DNA of 21,967 nt from NCBI GenBank assembly GCA_027452085.1, contig DAIDHG010000014.1, positions 1 through 21,967 of the forward strand, written 5' to 3'. The stretch is from a bacterium (GTDB taxonomy: Bacteria > Babelota > Babeliae > Babelales > JABCYS01). The notes under the pieces are model-generated. The model was not told the DNA's origin and did not search any database. It was given only the letters and a program-made list of their open reading frames with translations. This document shows positions 1-6,965 of this stretch, one piece after another. The position numbers were made by a program, and so were the translations under genes. Position 1 is the stretch's first letter; every line of letters begins with the position of its first letter.

Positions 1-827
1 CGTTGGGCAAGACGATAATATTCATTCATGTAGGCGAGCATCTCAACAAAAGGTAAATGATGTACATGCTCTTGTTGCTTTAACTGATATTTTTGCAACG
101 TTAAACGTAGAAGCACGTGCGCAGGTTTCACACCATTTTCATCAGTTGATATATACTCAAGTAATCGGAGATAAATTTGCTGGCCTTTCCCATCAGGTGT
201 GTTGTGCGCTTGATCATAAGGGATGCTATCAACGGGTAAATAGTTTACATCGTCGCCAATTTGTATGCTGTTTACCTTTGCCTGCACCTTAACAGGTAAC
301 ACCAAATCCTCATCGCTACAGCTGAAATGTCTGGTTAAGAACCGTCTTTCTTCCCAGCCAATATCTTTCACCTTCTTAATGCCAGGGCACACAAGCCGCA
401 TCTTAGTATCGCCAGAGAATTTCACGCACGATTCCGTATCTTTAAATATGGCTTCCAATCCCTGTATATCTCTCAGTGCCCCTTGGTGCTTTGGGTCAAG
501 TAGGTTAAGATCTACATCCTTGAGCTTCTCCAATAATGGCAATAGGTCAGTGTTAATAAGTTTCACGTACCGTTCATCAAGATCTAAACCAACAGTGCCT
601 TCAACGTCTATAGTGATTGATGCTGATCGCGTAGTTTTAGGTTTTGGGCTCTCTGTTTCAGAATCGGTAGAGTTATCATTGAGTCGCGGGCTTGATGTTG
701 GGCTATAGCTACCCACACTCAGGGCGGTATCATTTGGTGTCGATGGAGCACTTATACTTGGGCTGTCTGACGAGGCAATCACATGAGATGCTACCAAGCT
801 CGATAGCAAAAGGAGGTGTTTTGTCAT
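1..827 (-). CDS. Hypothetical exported protein, 3' end outside the window (not in the supplied ORF track)
   Basis: Manual translation from ATG at 827 is open to the window edge (about 275 aa): MTKHLLLLSSLVASHVIASSDSPSISAPSTPNDTALSVGSYSPTSSPRLND...EYYRLAQ. Signal-peptide-like N-terminus, then a Ser/Pro/Thr-rich stretch. AGGA lies just upstream of the ATG. Divergent from the gene at 1022. Confidence 0.8.
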   Translation of the reverse strand, partial: MTKHLLLLSSLVASHVIASSDSPSISAPSTPNDTALSVGSYSPTSSPRLNDNSTDSETESPKPKTTRSASITIDVEGTVGLDLDERYVKLINTDLLPLLEKLKDVDLNLLDPKHQGALRDIQGLEAIFKDTESCVKFSGDTKMRLVCPGIKKVKDIGWEERRFLTRHFSCSDEDLVLPVKVQAKVNSIQIGDDVNYLPVDSIPYDQAHNTPDGKGQQIYLRLLEYISTDENGVKPAHVLLRLTLQKYQLKQQEHVHHLPFVEMLAYMNEYYRLAQ

Positions 828-1021
828 AGTTGTTCCTGTTAATTAATGCTCTCTGGCTGGGGAGCATACTCCAAAGCACCCCAAATGTTAACTAATGGAA
901 ATTATTATGCATACATGATGCCATCTCATTTGCCTTGTAATGGAATTTCTATAAGTTGGAAGTCAGCTCCCAAGCGCCTTACTGATTGTCATTTGGCGCA
1001 TGGTGAAGGAGAAGGATTTTT

Positions 1022-1669
1022 ATGAACTTTTTTTGTAAGAGAATGGCTATGCTGGTATGTATGCTGAGCCTCGCTGCTTGCTATACCAGGGCATCGGATA
1101 TTATCCTCTACGTTGGCGTTAAATCTGGCGATGTGCAGAAGGTAAAATCTGCCATCTACGAAAATGCCAACGTGAATATGGAGGTAAACGGAAAAAAATT
1201 ATTAGTTGAGGCAATTGATCGCGTATTGGCCATGTGCCCGCACGAAACTGATACATATTTAGAAAAAGCGCGAACGGTCTTGAGCCCGTTGATTGGCAAT
1301 GATATTGGATTAACTCATGCGGCAGTTGGCACCGCGGCACTTGGCTGTAGTATTTCCCTGATTCGTGGCCATGTAATTGAGAGCCTGTTATCAGCGACAA
1401 CATTTTTGAGCGCGGTAGCCCTGCGCTATCAACTGGTTAAAAAGGGGCGCCTAGAAATATTAGAACACCTGGCAATGCATCCTAAATTATCGCGTGATTC
1501 CTTGCTCGCCGCTATTCACCATGTAGGTGATCGCTTGGTTAAAGCATACGAGCAGCGTACCGTGATGAATGAAGCCTTATTGGAAATTGACCGCATACTG
1601 CGCGTAGCGGCATCCCGAGCAGATGCGCGAGAATATAGAAAACTGAATCATCAAGAAGCATACGGATAA
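1022..1669 (+). CDS. Hypothetical exported/membrane protein with degenerate ankyrin-like motifs
   Basis: GAAGGAGAAGGA RBS; signal peptide ending in lipobox-like LAAC; ankyrin-like LYVGVKSGDVQKVKSAIYENANVN..GKKLLVEAI; two-lobed hydrophobic middle; ankyrin-like second helix GRLEILEHLAMHP. Confidence 0.75.
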   Translation: MNFFCKRMAMLVCMLSLAACYTRASDIILYVGVKSGDVQKVKSAIYENANVNMEVNGKKLLVEAIDRVLAMCPHETDTYLEKARTVLSPLIGNDIGLTHAAVGTAALGCSISLIRGHVIESLLSATTFLSAVALRYQLVKKGRLEILEHLAMHPKLSRDSLLAAIHHVGDRLVKAYEQRTVMNEALLEIDRILRVAASRADAREYRKLNHQEAYG

Positions 1670-1685
1670 GAATTTGAGGTTTTTT

Positions 1686-2666
1686 ATGCAGCACAAACTA
1701 TTTGCACCATTGATTGCTCTTGTTGCCGTTTTTTCGATTTTTGCCGAGAGCGGCTCTCGTTCTCCGTACGAAGCATTAAATTGTCTTGAGGCCGGTGATC
1801 ATCTTGGGTTTGTTGAAACGCTTAAATATGTTTCGGTAAATTCGCGTTTTACCCCACAAGGTAACACTATACTGATGGCAGCTATTGATATGTATGCACA
1901 GCGGTTGGCGAGTCGCAGCCCCATTGAATTAAGCGTTGGCCGTGCAGTGGGTGGTGTGGCTGCATTAGTAGGCTGCATCGCGACGTATGCGTTGCCTCAG
2001 GCGCATAAACCAATCATAAAATTTGCAAATTCTGGTTCTTCAAGTGCCGCTGAGCAACCGCCAAACCACCCACCGCTGCACGAGCAATCAGACGCTCGTC
2101 CAAAAGGGTGGTGGCATCGAGCGAAGAATAAAATTCCATTCCATGAGCAAGCAGATAAATTAGCCGATACACTTAATAGCGTTGCGCATGACGTGAATCA
2201 TATTAAATATGAGGCCTGTAAGACATTTGAAAATTGGAATGATGGTGGCATTCCAATAAGTGTGAGCGGATCGGTAGCTGAAGCGACCGCGCAAAAAATA
2301 ATTGATGCAGCTGCCGAAGCTGAGGCCAGTTTCCGACTTGTCAGGTCGAGTATTCGTTCGGCAATTTTTATAAGCTGCGCGAGCATTGCAACCTATCTCG
2401 GTATTACCTTAGCCAAGCAATATCTGCTTATGCAGAGAGCTACAGAGCGTTATGAAAAAGATATAGAAATGTATGAAGCGGTAATCGATGAGTTGCTCAT
2501 CCGCCAGGAAATTGATTTTACCGTTAAAAATAATGCCGGTGAGACGGTGATCGATCTCATTCGTCGCCTCATTATGCTGAATGCCGCAGACAATGAGATT
2601 CTTACGCAGCTGCTCAAGGTTGAACGTAAAATTTTGCATGCTGCACGAGGTGTTTATCATTCATAA
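1686..2666 (+). CDS. Hypothetical exported/membrane protein with degenerate ankyrin-like motifs
   Basis: ATG at 1686 follows GAGG (track start 1674 is TTG). Signal peptide; ankyrin-like VNSRFTPQGNTILMAAI and IDELLIRQEIDFTVKNNAGETVIDL; two hydrophobic segments (AVGGVAALVGCIATYAL and AIFISCASIATYLGITLA). Confidence 0.8.
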   Translation: MQHKLFAPLIALVAVFSIFAESGSRSPYEALNCLEAGDHLGFVETLKYVSVNSRFTPQGNTILMAAIDMYAQRLASRSPIELSVGRAVGGVAALVGCIATYALPQAHKPIIKFANSGSSSAAEQPPNHPPLHEQSDARPKGWWHRAKNKIPFHEQADKLADTLNSVAHDVNHIKYEACKTFENWNDGGIPISVSGSVAEATAQKIIDAAAEAEASFRLVRSSIRSAIFISCASIATYLGITLAKQYLLMQRATERYEKDIEMYEAVIDELLIRQEIDFTVKNNAGETVIDLIRRLIMLNAADNEILTQLLKVERKILHAARGVYHS

Positions 2667-2681
2667 AATTCTGGAGAGGGC

Positions 2682-3335
2682 ATGAAGATCTTTTTAGATA
2701 CAGCACATGTAGATAGTATAAAACAATGGGCGGACACTGGTCTGATTGATGGTGTAACCATAAACCCTTCATTGCTGAGCAAAGAGAAGCATGATTATAA
2801 AACCATTGTAAAAGCCATACATGGGATGTTGCCTGATGTTGATATTAACCTGCAGGTAACTGAAACTGATCCTCAGAAAGTATATGATCAGGCCCATGCG
2901 TATCAATCACTGATTAAACGTCGACCAATCACGGTTAAAATACCAGCCCATCGCAATTATTATCCGGCAATTCGCTTATTAGCGCGCGAAGGCATAGCCA
3001 TAAACGCCACACTCGTTTTCTCCTATCTTCAGGGGCTGTATATGAGCAAGCTTGGCGTGCGGTATGTCTCTCCATTTATTGGCAGAATAGAAGATCAGGG
3101 CGAGGATGGAATCGGATTAGTTGCCCAGCTGGTTTCGGGGCTTGCCGAATATGAAACCGAAGTTTTAGCCGCCTCAATACGTACGGTTGAGCATATGCAG
3201 GCGTCGGCCTTAGTGGGGGCACATATCGCTACCGTGCCGGCTGAGGTACTTGAAAAATCTGCACAGACGTTGCTTACCGATCAGGGCATGAAGAAGTTTG
3301 CTGATGACTGGGCTAAGGTCGTGAAGCGGAAGTAG
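2682..3335 (+). CDS. tal: Transaldolase / fructose-6-phosphate aldolase family (MipB/TalC type)
   Basis: 217 aa; MKIFLDTA, GVTINPSL, Schiff-base Lys in TVKIP, INATLVFS, YVSPFIGR, AASIR; GGAGAGG RBS. Family assignment is secure; tal versus fsa is uncertain (see findings). Confidence 0.9.
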   Translation: MKIFLDTAHVDSIKQWADTGLIDGVTINPSLLSKEKHDYKTIVKAIHGMLPDVDINLQVTETDPQKVYDQAHAYQSLIKRRPITVKIPAHRNYYPAIRLLAREGIAINATLVFSYLQGLYMSKLGVRYVSPFIGRIEDQGEDGIGLVAQLVSGLAEYETEVLAASIRTVEHMQASALVGAHIATVPAEVLEKSAQTLLTDQGMKKFADDWAKVVKRK

Positions 3336-3355
3336 TGGCTTTTATTGTTTGTTAA

Positions 3356-3438
3356 TACGGCTTCTCAAATACCAAACCCATCGCCTCAGCGAACGAGGTT
3401 CGAAATCGGCAAGTGGGCTTGTATTTTACGTCGCCGTA
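3356..3438 (+). repeat. Long imperfect palindromic element, copy 1
   Basis: Arms TACGGC/GCCGTA, AAATAC(C)AA/TTGTATTT, CCCA/TGGG; inner GCC/GGC; apical CGAAC-gag-GTTCG. Confidence 0.6.
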
Positions 3439-3499
3439 AAACAGTGCCCATATCTTAGAAATAACCTCAGGTGGTTGTGGTAAGCAGTTATAAAGGTTA

Positions 3500-3590
3500 T
3501 AAAGTGCGCTCCTAACAAATACCAATCTCTTGGCTTCGGAGAGCCAGGGGCTCAACTAGCCTGCGAGATTGTATTTGTTTAGTCGCTTTA
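3500..3590 (+). repeat. Long imperfect palindromic element, copy 2
   Basis: TAAAGTGCGCTCCTAACAAATACCAATCTC ... GAGATTGTATTTGTTTAGTCGCTTTA; inner GGCT/AGCC; apical GAGCC-agg-GGCTC. Confidence 0.7.
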
Positions 3591-3597
3591 TACCTCC

Positions 3598-3648
3598 CGC
3601 TCACCCCGAGTGTTTCGCTGAGCGAAATGTATCAAGGGATCGGAGTGA
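3598..3648. repeat. REP-like palindrome (resembles CGTC-type extragenic repeats)
   Basis: cgcTCACCCCGAgtgTTTCGCtgaGCGAAAtgtatcaagggaTCGGAGTGA: nested stems. The CCCGAGTG...GTATC(A/G)AGGG layout resembles REP-like families, recalled from memory. Confidence 0.55.
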
Positions 3649-3761
3649 TCTTGCATAATGCTCGCAAAGGCATAAATGCCCTTGCTTTCTCCCCCCGCGA
3701 TAGTGAGCCCCAGACTGCTTGGTTAACATTGAGAAGAGTTGGCAACTGGCTTTATTTGCTA

Positions 3762-3855
3762 TGAAGCGACTCACAAAATATAACTCATGAGGCGACCTTA
3801 GGCCCTCAAGGCCGTAGACGCCGGTGAGTTGATATTTTGTTTAGGAGCGCGCTCA
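3762..3855 (-). repeat. Long imperfect palindromic element, copy 3 (inverted relative to copies 1 and 2)
   Basis: Reverse complement reads AGCGCGCTCCTAAACAAAATATCAACTCA ... TGAGTTATATTTTGTGAGTCGCTT and aligns with copy 2; inner GGCG/CGCC; apical GGCCT-tga-GGGCC. Confidence 0.7.
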
Positions 3856-3965
3856 ATAATCGCCATTTCCCCAACCACCGCTATCGCCCACCCCCACCTA
3901 ACCCATTCGAGCTCCACCCTTATTTGAGCTATACTGAGCCAAAATCAAAAATGAGGGGTTACAGC

Positions 3966-5969
3966 ATGTCAATTAAACAATCAATTAAAAGGGCAGTTGG
4001 CACCATGCCCGGACAGCCCATATTCAAGCTCCACAACCCATTTCCGCCGGCAGGATCACAGCCTGAGGCGATCAAAAAACTGGCCCAAGGCCGGCCTGGT
4101 ATTTCTACGCTCATGGGGGTAACCGGATCTGGTAAGACCTACACCATAGCCAATGTCATAGCTCAGCAAAATAAGCCGGTGCTGGTATTAGCGCCCAATA
4201 AAACCCTGGCTGCGCAACTGTATGAAGAGTTTTCGTTGTTCTTCCCTGAGAATAAGGTTTGCTATTTTGTAAGCTATTACGATCATTACCAACCAGAATC
4301 ATATTTGCCCGCGCAGGATATCTATATCCCCAAAGAGACGAAGATAAATAGCGAAATCGAACGGCTGCGGGTGGAAGCGACTGCCTCTTTGATCAATCGC
4401 CCAGATACCATTGTGATAACCTCAGTTTCCTGTATCTACTCATTGGGTAACCCAGGGGATTATCGCGAGTTGGCTTTTCCGCTCAATGTGGGTCAAAAAA
4501 TATCGCGTGATGAGCTCATTCGTAATCTGATCTTTATTCAATATGAGCGAAATGAATTTGATCGATCACATGGCACATTTCAAGTGACGGGTAATACCAT
4601 CGAGGTGCAACTACCGTATCAAAAAGAGAAATTGCGCATTGAGCTTTTTGGCGACAAAATTGATGCCATGCAATGGGTAGGCCGCGAAAATAATAATGTG
4701 CTCATGGAATTAGATAACGCGCTCATTTTCCCAGCAAAACATTTTGTGACCACACGCGAAAAAACCGAAAGTGCAATCCGCAGCATCGAGGCTGAATTAG
4801 AGGCCACTTTGCCCACCATCCAAAACCCGTTGTATCAAGAACGGCTCAAACAACGGGTAACCCATGATTTAGAAATGCTGGCAGAAGTTGGCTACTGCTC
4901 AGGCATTGAAAACTACTCATCACATTTTGATGGCCGTAAGCCCGGTGAGCAGCCAAACTGCCTCTTTGATTTCTTTCCCGATGGTTTTTTGATGGTGGTC
5001 GATGAGTCACACATAGCCATACCCCAGTTAAAGGGTATGTACGCCGGCGATCGTTCGCGAAAAAAAGCATTAGTTGAATTCGGATTTCGATTACCATCTG
5101 CTTACGATAATCGCCCCTTGAAATTTGAAGAAATTGAACGCTATTTTGAGGATGTAATTTTTGTTTCAGCCACACCAAGCGCTTACGAATTAGAAAAATC
5201 AGAGCAGGTCGTTGAGCAGATTATTCGACCAACCGGATTGGTAGATCCGGTATTGGAGATGCACCCGCGAGAAAATCAGCTGACCCATTTGATTGAACAA
5301 ATCCAACAAACTACTGAACGCGGATTCCGATCATTAGTAACGGTATTGACCAAAAAAATGGCCGAAGAACTCGCCCGCTATTTAGAAGAACGGCAGGTAA
5401 AAGTTTGTTATTTGCATAGTGATCTAAAAACGCCAAAACGAACTGAGCTGCTTCAAAAATTACGCCTTGGCGTATTTGATTGTTTGGTAGGCGTAAACCT
5501 CTTGCGTGAGGGTTTAGATTTGCCCGAAGTTGCCTTAGTGGCAATCATGGATGCTGATGTAGAAAGTTATCTGCGTGATCAACGTTCATTGATCCAGATT
5601 ATAGGCCGCGCGGCGCGTAATACCGAATCACGCGTGATCATGTATTGCGACCAGGTTACCCAATCGATGCAAAAGGCAATTGATGAAACCAATCGCCGCC
5701 GTGAATTGCAGCTTGCCTACAATAAAGAACATGGCGTTGATCCGGTCAGCGTCAAGCGTGAGGTGACCAAAAGTATTACCAAACTCCAAGAGGCTATTGC
5801 GCAGGCGTCTGAGCGCAAACGCAAAAAGAAAAAACCGGAGACAACCGAAGATATTGCAGCACGCATCGCCCAGCTTGAAAAAGAGATGCTCAAAGCAGCC
5901 GATAATTTTGAGTTTGAAAAAGCGATTGCGTTGCGTGAAGAATGGTTTGCCTTACAGAAGCAAAAATAA
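3966..5969 (+). CDS. uvrB: Excinuclease ABC subunit B
   Basis: Walker A GVTGSGKT, APNKTLAAQL, beta-hairpin YFVSYYDHYQPESY, DESH, VGVNLLREGLDLPEV, QIIGRAARN, C-terminal UVR motif (EMLKAADNFEFEKAIALR). Start placed at ATG 3966 after GAGGGG; ATG 4005 is the alternative. Confidence 0.97.
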   Translation: MSIKQSIKRAVGTMPGQPIFKLHNPFPPAGSQPEAIKKLAQGRPGISTLMGVTGSGKTYTIANVIAQQNKPVLVLAPNKTLAAQLYEEFSLFFPENKVCYFVSYYDHYQPESYLPAQDIYIPKETKINSEIERLRVEATASLINRPDTIVITSVSCIYSLGNPGDYRELAFPLNVGQKISRDELIRNLIFIQYERNEFDRSHGTFQVTGNTIEVQLPYQKEKLRIELFGDKIDAMQWVGRENNNVLMELDNALIFPAKHFVTTREKTESAIRSIEAELEATLPTIQNPLYQERLKQRVTHDLEMLAEVGYCSGIENYSSHFDGRKPGEQPNCLFDFFPDGFLMVVDESHIAIPQLKGMYAGDRSRKKALVEFGFRLPSAYDNRPLKFEEIERYFEDVIFVSATPSAYELEKSEQVVEQIIRPTGLVDPVLEMHPRENQLTHLIEQIQQTTERGFRSLVTVLTKKMAEELARYLEERQVKVCYLHSDLKTPKRTELLQKLRLGVFDCLVGVNLLREGLDLPEVALVAIMDADVESYLRDQRSLIQIIGRAARNTESRVIMYCDQVTQSMQKAIDETNRRRELQLAYNKEHGVDPVSVKREVTKSITKLQEAIAQASERKRKKKKPETTEDIAARIAQLEKEMLKAADNFEFEKAIALREEWFALQKQK

Positions 5970-5998
5970 GCAGACTCATCTGTATTTTTATTTAATTT

Positions 5999-6038
5999 AA
6001 AACAGGCCTAGGGATAACAACCTGGGCCTGTTTTTTTG
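5999..6038 (+). terminator. Intrinsic terminator, repeat copy A (uvrB terminator)
   Basis: AAAACAGGCCTAGG-GATAACAA-CCTGGGCCTG-TTTTTTT: GC-rich stem with one U.G pair and a U7 tail, 30 nt after the uvrB stop. These 40 bp are identical to 6787-6826. Confidence 0.85.
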
Positions 6039-6116
6039 TTGATCTATTGACACTCATAGGTAGCTTTTGATTTGCTGATGGCAGTGGCGTTCACTGTCGC
6101 ACTGAGAATCGTTAAT

Positions 6117-6484
6117 ATGAAAAACAAGAAACTACAGATAATTTACTTTAGGTTGGAGAATGGACGCCATCCTGTAAGAGAATTTTTAGAAAAAGAGCTT
6201 ACTACCGCTGAGCGGATACTGTTGAATCTGATATAGCTTGGGTTGAAATTGAGGGAATTGTTGGGCCTCCAATGATGAAGCATCTGGGTAAAAAAGTATG
6301 GGAAATTAGAACAAAACTGATTAATCGGCAGGTCCGAATTTTTTGTATCGTCAGCGATGGTAAATTGATATTATTGCATGGTATAATAAAAAAGGCACAG
6401 AAAACACCACAAGATGCCTTAGATTTGGCAATTAAAAGAGCCAAGACAATCGAAATGTATCTACGGAGTCGCTCCAATGAATAA
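6117..6484 (+). pseudogene. RelE/ParE-family (Gp49-like/DUF891) toxin split by a frameshift
   Basis: ATG 6117 gives MKNKKLQIIYFRLENGRHPVREFLEKELTTAER then TAG at 6234. The -1 frame continues DTVESDIAWVEIEGIVGPPMMKHLGKKVWEIR...LILLHGIIKKAQKTPQDALDLAIKR, matching the family pattern GxxPVREFL...WEIR...LLHGFxKKxQKTP. Confidence 0.8.
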
Positions 6485-6770
6485 AACTGTCTATTCACCT
6501 CTAGGCCAAACCTTCGATGATTATTTGAAGGAAACCGGTCGACATGAGGTAGTCCACGCTTTAGCTCATAAAAAAATTGCTGCTTTCAAAGCTGCCCAGA
6601 CTCGTAAGCGCAAGCTTGCGGCTCAAAAAAAAGCTGCTGCCAAGAAGAAAAAGGCAAGTTTGGCTTCCTCGGTTATTAAATTTATCAATACGCGAAAAAA
6701 AACGAGCGCAAAACGTAGCCAGGTTGCTCGTTACGCAAAGAGTCGTTCGCGCACTGCCAAAAAAATTTAA
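6477..6770 (+). CDS. Antitoxin-like protein with Lys/Ala-rich basic tail
   Basis: Overlaps the toxin stop; GGAG RBS. N-terminal GQTFDDYLKETGRHEVVHALAHKKIAA resembles the GSSFDDFLxEEG..EEV.A.A.KR start of XRE antitoxins paired with Gp49-like toxins. No recognisable HTH follows. Confidence 0.65.
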   Translation: MNKTVYSPLGQTFDDYLKETGRHEVVHALAHKKIAAFKAAQTRKRKLAAQKKAAAKKKKASLASSVIKFINTRKKTSAKRSQVARYAKSRSRTAKKI

Positions 6771-6786
6771 ACTCATGTAGCTATAA

Positions 6787-6866
6787 AAAACAGGCCTAGG
6801 GATAACAACCTGGGCCTGTTTTTTTGCTTTCTATTTTCTCGAGCAAGAGAAGTTGGTATGATTTTT
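6787..6866 (+). repeat. Repeat copy B: terminator plus promoter-like segment
   Basis: 6787-6826 is identical to copy A; 6792-6866 (75 bp) is identical to 8938-9012; contains extended -10 TGGTATGAT. Confidence 0.9.
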
Positions 6867-6965
6867 TTAAAGAAGCATGTTCAGTAATTGGCACATTTTG
6901 TACGTACGTAATGATTTAGGCCAAGCGTGCTTTAATGTTATGTTTTCTAATCCTGGGGAGTGTTC

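Noticed and set aside
265..708. 147-aa plus-strand ORF
   Set aside because: Antisense shadow of the longer minus-strand gene at 1-827.
3352..3555. 67-aa minus-strand ORF in the tal-uvrB spacer
   Set aside because: TTG start, runs through palindromic repeats, no recognisable protein features.
3356..3855. Long hairpins as canonical integron attC sites
   Set aside because: RYYYAAC/GTTRRRY boxes and their spacing are not consistently present, orientations are mixed, no ORF cassettes lie between them and there is no intI.
3837..3965. Pro-rich N-terminal extension of UvrB in the ORF track
   Set aside because: The TTG start is inside a palindromic repeat; a -10 box and RBS precede ATG 3966, so the extension is probably untranslated.
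6009..6019. TAGGGATAACA in the repeat matches the first 11 nt of the I-SceI site (TAGGGATAACAGGGTAAT)
   Set aside because: The remaining 7 nt differ and the bases form part of a terminator stem-loop; treated as coincidence, not engineering.
6047..6099. TTGACA at 6047 and inverted repeat GGCAGTG-N5-CACTGTC as the TA promoter and operator
   Set aside because: No convincing -10 at 16-18 nt spacing and the repeat is short; plausible but not supportable as a feature.
6183..6197. Slippery-looking TTTTTAGAAAAAG as a programmed -1 frameshift site for the toxin
   Set aside because: The -1 frame hits TGA at 6209 before the homologous C-terminal half, so slippage here cannot make the full protein.
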